Origin: a virus
Taxonomy: Duplodnaviria; Heunggongvirae; Uroviricota; Caudoviricetes
DNA: 64,000 nucleotides
Strand: one strand, 5' to 3'
Virus record (IMG/VR): IMGVR_UViG_3300020577_007233
Span: 32,001 to 96,000 of that record
Positions 35,919-45,022 of this stretch are shown here, piece by piece (within the stretch, counting starts at the first letter, position 1; every line of letters starts with the position of its first letter). Made by a program: the position numbers and the translations under genes. The notes under the pieces are model-generated. The model was not told the DNA's origin. It made no database searches and saw nothing but the letters and a program-made list of their open reading frames with translations.

Positions 35919-38900
35919 TTATCTTATCGGGTATCCAGTCGCAAGTTTCCTTATTGATTCTTCGGAAACGATTCTGTATTGGTTGTACCCAAAAAGCCAT
36001 ATGTCGTCTCCCAAAACCAAAACCTTATGAATGCTGGTAAGCTTAGAATCAGTATGAACAACGAAATCATCGGTATAAACGAGATATCGTCCATCTGAAA
36101 GCCCGATTACAGCCTTTGTGAAGTCAGAATCAATGTCGTTTACCGAGATCTCAGAAGATCTCTGTGCGTCAGCAAATACATCAAGGAGTTGCAAGGATAG
36201 ATTCTTCGTGTAGAACGTTCCGCCGTCTTGGAACAATCCCTTTGTCGTTGCAAAAAGAATCTGAGAACGATGCTTCTGTATCTTGTTTACAATCTTGTCA
36301 TTCACAATTCCTACCCTAGTCCAGTTAAAACCGTCTGTAGAGTAATAGCTTTCGCCTAAATCAGAAACCGCCAATACAACATCTGGTGATGCCATTATAT
36401 TTACGGTACTGTTTGTTGATACAACTTTTTCCCAAGACAATGAGCCTATCTTTCTTGCATAAATTCCATCTTCCGCTCCAATTACGAGGTTGCTTCCAAA
36501 AACAGAAGCCATACTGTAAAGTTTCTTAGGCAAACCTGTTGCGGTATCCGCAACAACCTCTCCTGCGGAAATATCGTAGAAATAGAGCTTGGCTTCGTCA
36601 AGAATGTATATGACATCCTTGTATCTTCTTATGCTCTTTATGAGCAAAGTTCGATCAGAATCAATAGCAAGTTTGGTTATGTCCTTCGTCACAGTATTTA
36701 TGAGAAGTACGCCTCCAAGTCCACCAACCCAAACCGTCCCAAGTTCAGGAACTGATAAAACACAGTTTGCATATGGTAAGCTAAGGTTAGTGGTTCCGTG
36801 GTCAAAGGATAGGTCATAATCAACAGTAGATTTGGTCTTGTCATACCAGTTACTATTGCATGGGACTATACACTTTGCTTGAAACAGAGGCGCTGTAGAA
36901 TCAATAAGACCCGGCGTAACTCTCTCTAAACCAATACCTCCGCTGAGAATGTTAGAATGATGAACTTGACTCAAATGAGATGGCATACCAGAATTTATCC
37001 ACTCAAAAGTATCTTCCAAAACCCAATGAGGCATGCCTACATTCTTAATCGCAGAATCAACAATACTTAGTTCTATCTTGTTGTATTTTCCTATTGCTTT
37101 CGAAAGCTCAAGAGTACCATCTATTGAATTTGCAATTGCAATAACATTGTATCCTGAATAGTCTTCAGGGAAAAGATCTCCAACAGCGCCTGACGGAGTG
37201 TTCTTGTATCTTGAAACACCAAATCCAGGAATCTGGTCTCGTTGAGTTTTACCTCCAAGAGAAGTTATTCTGATATTACCAAACTTAGCTAAAAATGTTT
37301 CATTCTCTTCGCCGGTAACAGGACCGCCACCGCTGCCGCCCGGACCACCACCATTACCAGTAGTTCCTTGAAGAGGATCTGGTGGATCTACGTCTACATT
37401 ATATGCGGCAATTCTTCCAGCTATAAATCTAGTTGCTGGATACCAATATTGCTCCATATGACCAAGGCTTGCTACAGCATCGTTATGCGTTGTAATAACA
37501 TCCCACCATATAACGCCATGACCCCCCATGAGGTAAATGCTCTTATACAAAAACTCGGAGAAATTGGGATTAAGATATCTCGCATCCGCTCTAAGGTGTC
37601 TATCCCACAAAAACGGAACAAACTCCTTATGACCTGCTCTTCTTGCAACATCAAGGCAGTTTCTTATTGATAAGATATGAAACATTCTTGATTGAATAGG
37701 GTCCATAGCTCGTCTTTCTGTTGTGTTATACAGAAATGGCGAATCATAATCAACAACTGGATCCCAAAGGTACAAAGAATGAGCCATATATTCAAACAGC
37801 CCTACCCAGTTATGCCAATAGGAATTTTCAAGCTCCCTATATGGGTCTTCAATATCAGGATTAGTTGTTCCAAAGTTCTGTCCATGAATAGCCCAGTTAC
37901 CAATCTGAGGGACAGAGCCATATAGTCCTATCTTGCCTATTCCAGGCCTTAGTCCCCTAATCGTAGCGATAATCTGAGACATCCAATAGACCCATCTTTC
38001 AGTCCATTGCGTTTGTAGGTAAACATCTTGCTCTGCAACGGTTTTGCCAGTTGACCATCCAGGATTAACTTGATCTTGAACCCAAATCCACCAGTTTCTA
38101 GCCGTTCTTGGAGCTAAACCAGAAGCGGGAGACGATCTAATCAAAGCTGTTTGTTGTCTTGCTGTATAGAACTCAAGACCATCACCAATGCCAATTCCAA
38201 TAGCGCTAGTAGAGCTTCCGTCTCTATAAAGAGCAGGCTCCCAATTCATCCAAAATTCTCCAGTATAGCCCTCTGGAATAAGCTTTGGCTGATTATTGTT
38301 GTTTACTCCCGTAATGTTGTTAATAAGAGTTTGTTTTGCTAGAGATAGTTTACTTTCTTGATATAGCCAGAGAAGCGCATCGCCTGATTTTGAAGTTATG
38401 TCACCTGAACCTCCCATGCAAGGAATCCAACTATGACCAACATTCCAATCATAAAATCCTGGAAACTGGTAGTAACCAAGCATGTTTGGATTTACTTCGC
38501 TAGGTACGTTTTGTGAATAGTAGTTATGCATGTCCCTAGATGTACATATCTTCCTACCGCCTAGTAGGGGATCTCCGGTATTGCAAATAGTTCCTGCGCC
38601 GATCACGCTTGTGTATGTATTGAAGTTCTCTTTCCAACTTATTTTTTGAGGCAGAAGACATTCTTTCCTAACAATCCTGCCTATAGTTACAGCAACAGCC
38701 TGATGGTCAAGTTCTATCTTTTGAGCGTAACTATCATAAGCGCTTTCTGTTGAAATAGAAGTTCCATAATCAGCATACCAACTATTAATTGGCATATAAA
38801 CCCAAGGGTCAAGACCCGTAAGAAGCATGTCAAGAAACCAGTCTCTACCTCCCTTAGAATAGTCTGCTGTCAAAAATTCAGACCTATCATAATAAGCCGG

Positions 38901-38981
38901 AACAACATAATTATATGAATCATTATCTATACGATGACTATGCGGCTCGCCATCCTCCAACATAAGATTCAAGCAATTCAT
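35919..38981 (-). CDS. putative glycoside-hydrolase (GH56/hyaluronidase-like barrel) plus beta-propeller virion protein; start uncertain
   Basis: GEFWMNWEP, TIRGLRPG..IGLYG, YMAHSLYL, GGHGVIWWD resemble GH56 landmarks; Gly-rich linker; C-terminal YYSTDG..W BNR/propeller repeats. Confidence 0.55.
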   Translation of the reverse strand: MNCLNLMLEDGEPHSHRIDNDSYNYVVPAYYDRSEFLTADYSKGGRDWFLDMLLTGLDPWVYMPINSWYADYGTSISTESAYDSYAQKIELDHQAVAVTIGRIVRKECLLPQKISWKENFNTYTSVIGAGTICNTGDPLLGGRKICTSRDMHNYYSQNVPSEVNPNMLGYYQFPGFYDWNVGHSWIPCMGGSGDITSKSGDALLWLYQESKLSLAKQTLINNITGVNNNNQPKLIPEGYTGEFWMNWEPALYRDGSSTSAIGIGIGDGLEFYTARQQTALIRSSPASGLAPRTARNWWIWVQDQVNPGWSTGKTVAEQDVYLQTQWTERWVYWMSQIIATIRGLRPGIGKIGLYGSVPQIGNWAIHGQNFGTTNPDIEDPYRELENSYWHNWVGLFEYMAHSLYLWDPVVDYDSPFLYNTTERRAMDPIQSRMFHILSIRNCLDVARRAGHKEFVPFLWDRHLRADARYLNPNFSEFLYKSIYLMGGHGVIWWDVITTHNDAVASLGHMEQYWYPATRFIAGRIAAYNVDVDPPDPLQGTTGNGGGPGGSGGGPVTGEENETFLAKFGNIRITSLGGKTQRDQIPGFGVSRYKNTPSGAVGDLFPEDYSGYNVIAIANSIDGTLELSKAIGKYNKIELSIVDSAIKNVGMPHWVLEDTFEWINSGMPSHLSQVHHSNILSGGIGLERVTPGLIDSTAPLFQAKCIVPCNSNWYDKTKSTVDYDLSFDHGTTNLSLPYANCVLSVPELGTVWVGGLGGVLLINTVTKDITKLAIDSDRTLLIKSIRRYKDVIYILDEAKLYFYDISAGEVVADTATGLPKKLYSMASVFGSNLVIGAEDGIYARKIGSLSWEKVVSTNSTVNIMASPDVVLAVSDLGESYYSTDGFNWTRVGIVNDKIVNKIQKHRSQILFATTKGLFQDGGTFYTKNLSLQLLDVFADAQRSSEISVNDIDSDFTKAVIGLSDGRYLVYTDDFVVHTDSKLTSIHKVLVLGDDIWLFGYNQYRIVSEESIRKLATGYPIR

Positions 38982-40332
38982 CGCTTATTGGTTGAGGAAG
39001 ATCAAAAAGAGCCAAACCACTAACGCTTCTTAGGCCGCCTTCAATAAAGTTATCAGTTTCAAACTGCTGATGAAGAGGATTGGTTTGATCGAAAGCAACA
39101 GCAGCATCAGAATATGTTCCAAGATTAACCTTAGCAAGAGTATTGTTTGCCGCAAAAAACACTCTTAGTTCATTTTCTTTTTCCCACTCTTTGATTTCTG
39201 CAAGCGTGTTACGAAGGTTCAAAGGAAGATTAGTGAAGAATGCTGGATTACTGCCTTGATCTGCATTACCCCATCCAGCAGGATTAAGAACAAGAACAGC
39301 CTGATATCCATAGGCTTTTAGCGCTGTAACATCAGCTATACCGTCAAGCAATTCACCCCAACCGCTAACGGTCTGTGGATTAACATACTGCTGTCCAGGA
39401 AGAGGCAACCTTCCTTCAAGACTCTTTTTGTCTTGAGTGCTGAAAAGAAAGTATCGTCTTGGATTGTCTCTTGCCGAAAAATAAGCTCTAGGCGCACCCG
39501 CTCCTGCAAGCTCAACTCCGTAAACCCTTCCACTTACCCTAGGGCCTACATTATAGTCGCCATGATTATTCCAATACCAAACAAAGTAAGGTTCATACGA
39601 ACGAAGCGCAGCTATCTTTCTGTAAGCTTTTGATTGATAGAAAGCGTTCTGCGTGCTTGTGTAGTAATCTTCATACCTAAGCCATATTTTCCACGTTCTT
39701 GTTTCACCAGGCTCAATCTTGTCAAGAATACCCTTTCCTGGTATATTGACATTTCCTTCCATTCTAAAGTAGGCCTTAAGAGAGACAGGATCAAAATCAA
39801 CATAGATCCTAAAAGGATAGTTGTAGTTCGTAGATACCGACATCATTTGGCATCCATAAGTAGGAACGCTTGGAGTGGAATTTTCTATAGTAAAACAGGG
39901 AGCAAACCAGTTAACGCCATAAATAGCATTAGGGTCACCAAACTTATCTGTCGCCGGATTACTAGGAACTGGATAAGTGTTAGAAACAGGTCTCATTCCG
40001 TAAGAGTCGTGACTCATGTAGTTTACAGAATGTCTCAACAAAGAACTTCCGCCAGCCCCTGTCCAAGACGGATGATACATACCAGAAACCATTCTGACAA
40101 ATGGAGCAGATTGTTGTAACTGAGAAACATTCTTAACCGTAACGGTTATATTAATGCCTCTCCATTCTTTCAATTCTTTTGTAACTGTTACATTCCATGT
40201 TGACGGGTTATTGCTAATGGGAGTTCCATTGGCTGCGTCTTTAACTATGGTTTCTGTGTAATCATTAGGGTCAAGCCAAATAAGTGCTTGGTTATTAGGG
40301 TTTCCGCCCTCTCTAGGTGTAAATAGCCCCAT
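38938..40332 (-). CDS. putative GH27/36-like protein (beta-sandwich plus incomplete TIM barrel)
   Basis: IEPGETRTW sandwich end; LKAYGYQAVLVLNPAGW, FDQTNP.HQQF, VSGLALFD resemble the first half of a clan GH-D barrel. Confidence 0.45.
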   Translation of the reverse strand: MGLFTPREGGNPNNQALIWLDPNDYTETIVKDAANGTPISNNPSTWNVTVTKELKEWRGINITVTVKNVSQLQQSAPFVRMVSGMYHPSWTGAGGSSLLRHSVNYMSHDSYGMRPVSNTYPVPSNPATDKFGDPNAIYGVNWFAPCFTIENSTPSVPTYGCQMMSVSTNYNYPFRIYVDFDPVSLKAYFRMEGNVNIPGKGILDKIEPGETRTWKIWLRYEDYYTSTQNAFYQSKAYRKIAALRSYEPYFVWYWNNHGDYNVGPRVSGRVYGVELAGAGAPRAYFSARDNPRRYFLFSTQDKKSLEGRLPLPGQQYVNPQTVSGWGELLDGIADVTALKAYGYQAVLVLNPAGWGNADQGSNPAFFTNLPLNLRNTLAEIKEWEKENELRVFFAANNTLAKVNLGTYSDAAVAFDQTNPLHQQFETDNFIEGGLRSVSGLALFDLPQPISDELLESYVGGWRAA

Positions 40333-40335
40333 ATC

Positions 40336-43300
40336 TTATCCTCCGGGTCCAAAGCCATTCAGACCCCCAAATAGTCCATCGGAATTATCGAAGTTAGAAT
40401 TGTCTGAAGACCCAGAAGATCCTGATGAATCGTTAGAACCTGACGATTGATTAGAACCGCTATCTGTAGAACCATTAGACAACTCATCTTCGTCGGTTCC
40501 TCCGCCCTGAGAACCCAGATCGCCTAGACCACCTATAAGCTCGTTAGGCAATATGCCATCAGAAGTAAGCTCACTTCCAAAATGACCAATAACGGAGGAC
40601 TGAGAGTTATCTGTATCGTCTGACCACGTTTTGTAGGAACCAAAATCGCTTATCTTTGTGGCAGTTGTATTTGTGGATGGAGTTAGCAGAAGAACTCTAA
40701 ACTCAGGGACTTGAAAAGCAGTTGTAGTTGTTACGCCCTGATCATTTGTTGTTTCGATTATTCTCGCAGTTGGGTACAACTGAGAAAGGAATCTTTCAAT
40801 AGCATACAAGGTTTTTGTTACTCGGTCCTTTGTAAAGCCTTTTAGTTTTGTAATTTGACCATCAGCATTTCGTTCAACCTCTAAGAGCGAAGTTCTAGCT
40901 GTTTCAAACTTTTCAGCAGCAGTATCCGCTCCTGCTTTGTGAGCATTCCGATCATTGTATTCTGGCAAAACAAGTTCGCTTATTTCTTGAGCAGGCCTTT
41001 CGGACAAACTCATAGAGTTTAGCTTTACGCCATCAATAAACAAAGAAACAGCGGACAGATAATTCGTATCAGCCCATCCTCCGTTCTTGGCTTTGAACTT
41101 CTTATACTGATTAGCTATAGTTACAACAGAACCAAGCTTTTGCTTAACATCAAAGCAAACAAACTTTCTCAGTCTATCTGTGTTGGTTGTAAACCTATAT
41201 CCTATCGTCTGTGCCTCTCCATTGACATATACAGTAGGAATGATGTTGTGCTTGAATTCGGAATGAAGAGACAATTTCCCAGGACGTTCAGATATAAACA
41301 ATCGTTCTTCAGAACCAACAAAAAGCTTATTATCAATGACGTTCAAAGATGTTGCAGGAAGGATAGAAGAGTTAACTCTTAGTTGAGCAAATGCTGGCTC
41401 AAAAGCAACAGTTCGATCAGTATAAATGTCACTAAGGCTTGACGTTGCAAGCAACCCGTTGTCGGTGGAAATATAGATCCTGTCATTCCATATGACAAGC
41501 TTTCTTGCTTTAGAAGCATTTTCCATTACGCCTATTCTTTCAAAGACATACTCAGATGGTTTTCTTCTCCATAGCATGAAATCAGTAATAGCGTAAATGT
41601 AACCATTTTTCTGCGCGAAAGCATAAATCGGCCTTTGTTCCGTAAACTCGCTACTAAAAGTCCACAGTATTCCGTTGTTATAGCTTTCAAATATGCCTAA
41701 TTCGTTGCTAACAATTATTCGTTGTCTAGGCTCATCAAAAAGCATGGCATAGGCTTCAGTGCTGCGAGGACCAAAGATAGGAGTTTGCTGAAAGAAGAAT
41801 GACCCCTGGCCAATATTTCTTCTTAGCTTGTAAACTCCCAAGTCTGTACTACAGAAAACGTTACCGTCCTCATCTTGAACAATATCTCTTATGATCTTTG
41901 CGTTTTCGACACCAGAAATCTCCGTCCAAATACTAAAACCACCAGCATCTCCGCCTCGACCAAACAATGCCCCTCTATTTGAACCTGCAAAGTAAGTCTC
42001 ATATCTACTTGAGTAGAAGAACTTAGTAACAGGAGTTATCGTTTCAAATCTTCTGTCCCAAGATACTCCAAAATCCTCGCTCGTATAGATACCGTCACTT
42101 GTTGCAGCAACAAGAATGTCCAAATCACCAGCCGTTTGAATAATCTCGTAAAACACAACGGCATCGCCTATTGTTTCTTCGCCGTCTTCAGGAGCATATC
42201 TATAGCCACTATCAACGCTTATGGTTGAAATCTGTACAGGCTCAAGCTTCTCTTTAATTCTTCCGTCATGATTGACTTCAGGAATCTGAACTTTCTCAAA
42301 CACTCCAACAGCAACCTGCTGAGCGCTTGCTCCCTCAAACCTATTTCTGGGAAGGATATTCTGAGTTTCCTCAAGACTGTTGAACTCAACAGTAACCGTT
42401 GGAGGAGAATCAAAAGCAAAGGTTAGGTTATCTTCTATTTCGAAACCCGTAGCTGCAAGCTGCGATTCAAAAGTCAATTCACCGCTATCTTTGTTAAGAG
42501 CATAAAGGAGACCAAAAGAAGAAGCATCTTCTCCGTTCAAGAAAACAGAATAAACAGTAGTTCCTGAAATATCAGTTTCGGTTGTGTAGGTTTGATAGTC
42601 TGTAGAAGTCCAATCGGAAACGGTAAGCTTGTCGTCCAGATTGATTCTTCTGTCGTTATTGTCATCTATCCATTCGTGCTTATGAACAGCTATTCTAGCT
42701 ATAGTTTCTTCTCTAACTGGATCTTCAAGCAAGCTGATGTTTCGAACGCCTGTCAAGTCAATACTTGTTGAACCGTTTTTAGTAACAACCTTACCAAGGA
42801 AAACGGCACTTGTAACAGCGATATTGCTTTCTGTAACAAAAAGATCTGCTTCGTTTCTGAACTTACGAACCATGTAATAGACTTTGCCTGTTTGCTTAAG
42901 AACAGAATAATCTACATAGTATGTAATAGAAGGAGCAACAGTAGCAACAAGACTGAACGAATACTTATTGCCAACGGAACGATAGATTTCATATCCATCA
43001 AACTGTCCGCCTGTCGGAATCCATGTAAGCTGAACGTTTGAACCAGCAACAACAGTCTCAAGCGAACCAGGAGAGTTTAGAGTTGACATAGAAAGGGGCT
43101 TGAGAGTAGTTAGTGTGTAGTTTATGTACCTATCATCTCTAGGATTTAGAGACTCTTGATCGTACAAATCAACTGTTGTAACAAAGTAAACATATGACGT
43201 TTCGTTTTCTACCTCATAATCAGTGTATGAAAAAGTAGAAGCAGAAACTGTTTCAAGAAGTTCAAAACCATTCGTATCCAAGGTCGCCAAGTCAAGAGAA

Positions 43301-45021
43301 CGATAAATCCTATAAGCCTTAACCGATTCGGTTGCCGCCGCACTCCAGGTTATCGTATTCTGCTTGTCTCCTGCAAAGCCAATTTGTTGCTGAGGAGGAG
43401 GTGGTCTCGTTACCCCTCCTACATCGCCGGTTTCATAACTTATGGTTCTATTTTCGCTTTCGTTTCCAAACTCATCAACACAGCCAACGGAAAACGTATA
43501 TCTACTGTTTGGTAGCGAATAGGAGGGATCAAGGGAAAAGATTGTTGAACGACCAACGTTTAATTCGGAAACTAATGATGTTTCTGACAAGTCAGACAAA
43601 TCGGTTCGAGTAATAGAAATGCGATTGTACAAGAAAATAGACGGAGAGTTTTCCCATCTGAAAACTAGCGTCTTATCAGATCTGTCAGTTATTGACAAAG
43701 ACTGAGGAGAATCAGGAGCTATAAAGTTCTTTGTGTAATGTCGGATTCTTTTGCCAGCACTCTTCAGTCCGTTTGTATCTATGTTTCTAATAGTTATGTA
43801 GTAGGTTGTTCTGTTTTCAAGAGATTTGTAATATGTTTGACCGCCTCTTGTATAAGGGAAAACCTCAATCGATCTAGTTGTATAGCCAGCAAGAGTTGGA
43901 ATCCAGTTGGATGTTATTACTGTTCCGTCATTACGATATTCTTCAAGAAGAATTTCCGAGGAACCGTCAAATGCGGAATACGGATCTATGTCTGAAGCCC
44001 AGCTTAACGTTATACCGTTGGTTGAGTTTCCTGAAGTTACTTCGTAATCAATGACGGTTATTTGCAAAACATCTGGCGGGCCACCAGTATCGACAGGGAA
44101 AGCAAGCCTTGTAATACCATCAGATTCAACATCTCTAACTGAAACAGACTTAAGAACAACAAGGTATCTTTGCTCGTTAGTCAAATCCCCAATAGTCATA
44201 TCAACAGATGAGCTATCAACTTCAACAGTAAAAGTGCTTCCTGTTGCAACTCTTTCTTCGTTTACAGGCGTAACATACGCTCTATACGTTGCTATATTGC
44301 CATATGGAGCGGAGTTCCATATAAGATGAACTGCATTTTTTGTATTTACAATCCTGACCGAACCAGGATCTGCTGGAACGCTTAAATCTTTATCCGTTAC
44401 AACAACAAGAGAAGATGAAAACGAACTGGCGTTTTCGCTAAGGTCATACGCCTTAACTTTGTAGTAATAGATCGTATTCTCTTCTAATTCAACATCTGTA
44501 TATGTTGCTTCTGTTGTTTCTTCTACAAGAGAATAGGCTATATTGTCAAGACTCTTATATACTTCATATCTTGCAAAATCTATGTCTGCATTCTGAGTCC
44601 AGGTAAAAGTTACAGAATCAGTTGACTTTACAGATATAGATAGTCCAATTGGAGCAGAAGGAGCGGTAGTGTCAGAATATTGAACATGAGAAATATCTGA
44701 AAATGCGCTTATCTGTCCGATTACACCAGGCCTCAGTCTCATCCATGCGTACACTGTGCTATTGTCAAGCAAGGACTTGGAATAATCTCCAAACGTTCTT
44801 GCTATGTATCTTTCTATCATACCCCATCCGCTTGAAACAGAAAGAGTAAACGGAGAAGGAGAGGATAAGTCCCATCCCTGAATAACACCAGGTCCAACCA
44901 ACTCAGATATGAACGCCATATGAGAGTCAATAGCAGTAAACCTTCTTCTGTCAACGGAAGCGGAATAAACGTCTCCCGTAATGAAGGCTTCTAAACCAAA
45001 ATGTGGGGTTCTAACAGGCAT
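40336..45021 (-). CDS. large putative virion/tail-fibre protein with FN3 repeats and BNR beta-propeller
   Basis: DTTAPSAP.GL...YEVYKS...YYYKVKAYD..N.S and further FN3 repeats; SEDFGVSW BNR; Gly/Ser-rich C-terminal tail. Confidence 0.8.
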   Translation of the reverse strand: MPVRTPHFGLEAFITGDVYSASVDRRRFTAIDSHMAFISELVGPGVIQGWDLSSPSPFTLSVSSGWGMIERYIARTFGDYSKSLLDNSTVYAWMRLRPGVIGQISAFSDISHVQYSDTTAPSAPIGLSISVKSTDSVTFTWTQNADIDFARYEVYKSLDNIAYSLVEETTEATYTDVELEENTIYYYKVKAYDLSENASSFSSSLVVVTDKDLSVPADPGSVRIVNTKNAVHLIWNSAPYGNIATYRAYVTPVNEERVATGSTFTVEVDSSSVDMTIGDLTNEQRYLVVLKSVSVRDVESDGITRLAFPVDTGGPPDVLQITVIDYEVTSGNSTNGITLSWASDIDPYSAFDGSSEILLEEYRNDGTVITSNWIPTLAGYTTRSIEVFPYTRGGQTYYKSLENRTTYYITIRNIDTNGLKSAGKRIRHYTKNFIAPDSPQSLSITDRSDKTLVFRWENSPSIFLYNRISITRTDLSDLSETSLVSELNVGRSTIFSLDPSYSLPNSRYTFSVGCVDEFGNESENRTISYETGDVGGVTRPPPPQQQIGFAGDKQNTITWSAAATESVKAYRIYRSLDLATLDTNGFELLETVSASTFSYTDYEVENETSYVYFVTTVDLYDQESLNPRDDRYINYTLTTLKPLSMSTLNSPGSLETVVAGSNVQLTWIPTGGQFDGYEIYRSVGNKYSFSLVATVAPSITYYVDYSVLKQTGKVYYMVRKFRNEADLFVTESNIAVTSAVFLGKVVTKNGSTSIDLTGVRNISLLEDPVREETIARIAVHKHEWIDDNNDRRINLDDKLTVSDWTSTDYQTYTTETDISGTTVYSVFLNGEDASSFGLLYALNKDSGELTFESQLAATGFEIEDNLTFAFDSPPTVTVEFNSLEETQNILPRNRFEGASAQQVAVGVFEKVQIPEVNHDGRIKEKLEPVQISTISVDSGYRYAPEDGEETIGDAVVFYEIIQTAGDLDILVAATSDGIYTSEDFGVSWDRRFETITPVTKFFYSSRYETYFAGSNRGALFGRGGDAGGFSIWTEISGVENAKIIRDIVQDEDGNVFCSTDLGVYKLRRNIGQGSFFFQQTPIFGPRSTEAYAMLFDEPRQRIIVSNELGIFESYNNGILWTFSSEFTEQRPIYAFAQKNGYIYAITDFMLWRRKPSEYVFERIGVMENASKARKLVIWNDRIYISTDNGLLATSSLSDIYTDRTVAFEPAFAQLRVNSSILPATSLNVIDNKLFVGSEERLFISERPGKLSLHSEFKHNIIPTVYVNGEAQTIGYRFTTNTDRLRKFVCFDVKQKLGSVVTIANQYKKFKAKNGGWADTNYLSAVSLFIDGVKLNSMSLSERPAQEISELVLPEYNDRNAHKAGADTAAEKFETARTSLLEVERNADGQITKLKGFTKDRVTKTLYAIERFLSQLYPTARIIETTNDQGVTTTTAFQVPEFRVLLLTPSTNTTATKISDFGSYKTWSDDTDNSQSSVIGHFGSELTSDGILPNELIGGLGDLGSQGGGTDEDELSNGSTDSGSNQSSGSNDSSGSSGSSDNSNFDNSDGLFGGLNGFGPGG

Positions 45022-45022
45022 G

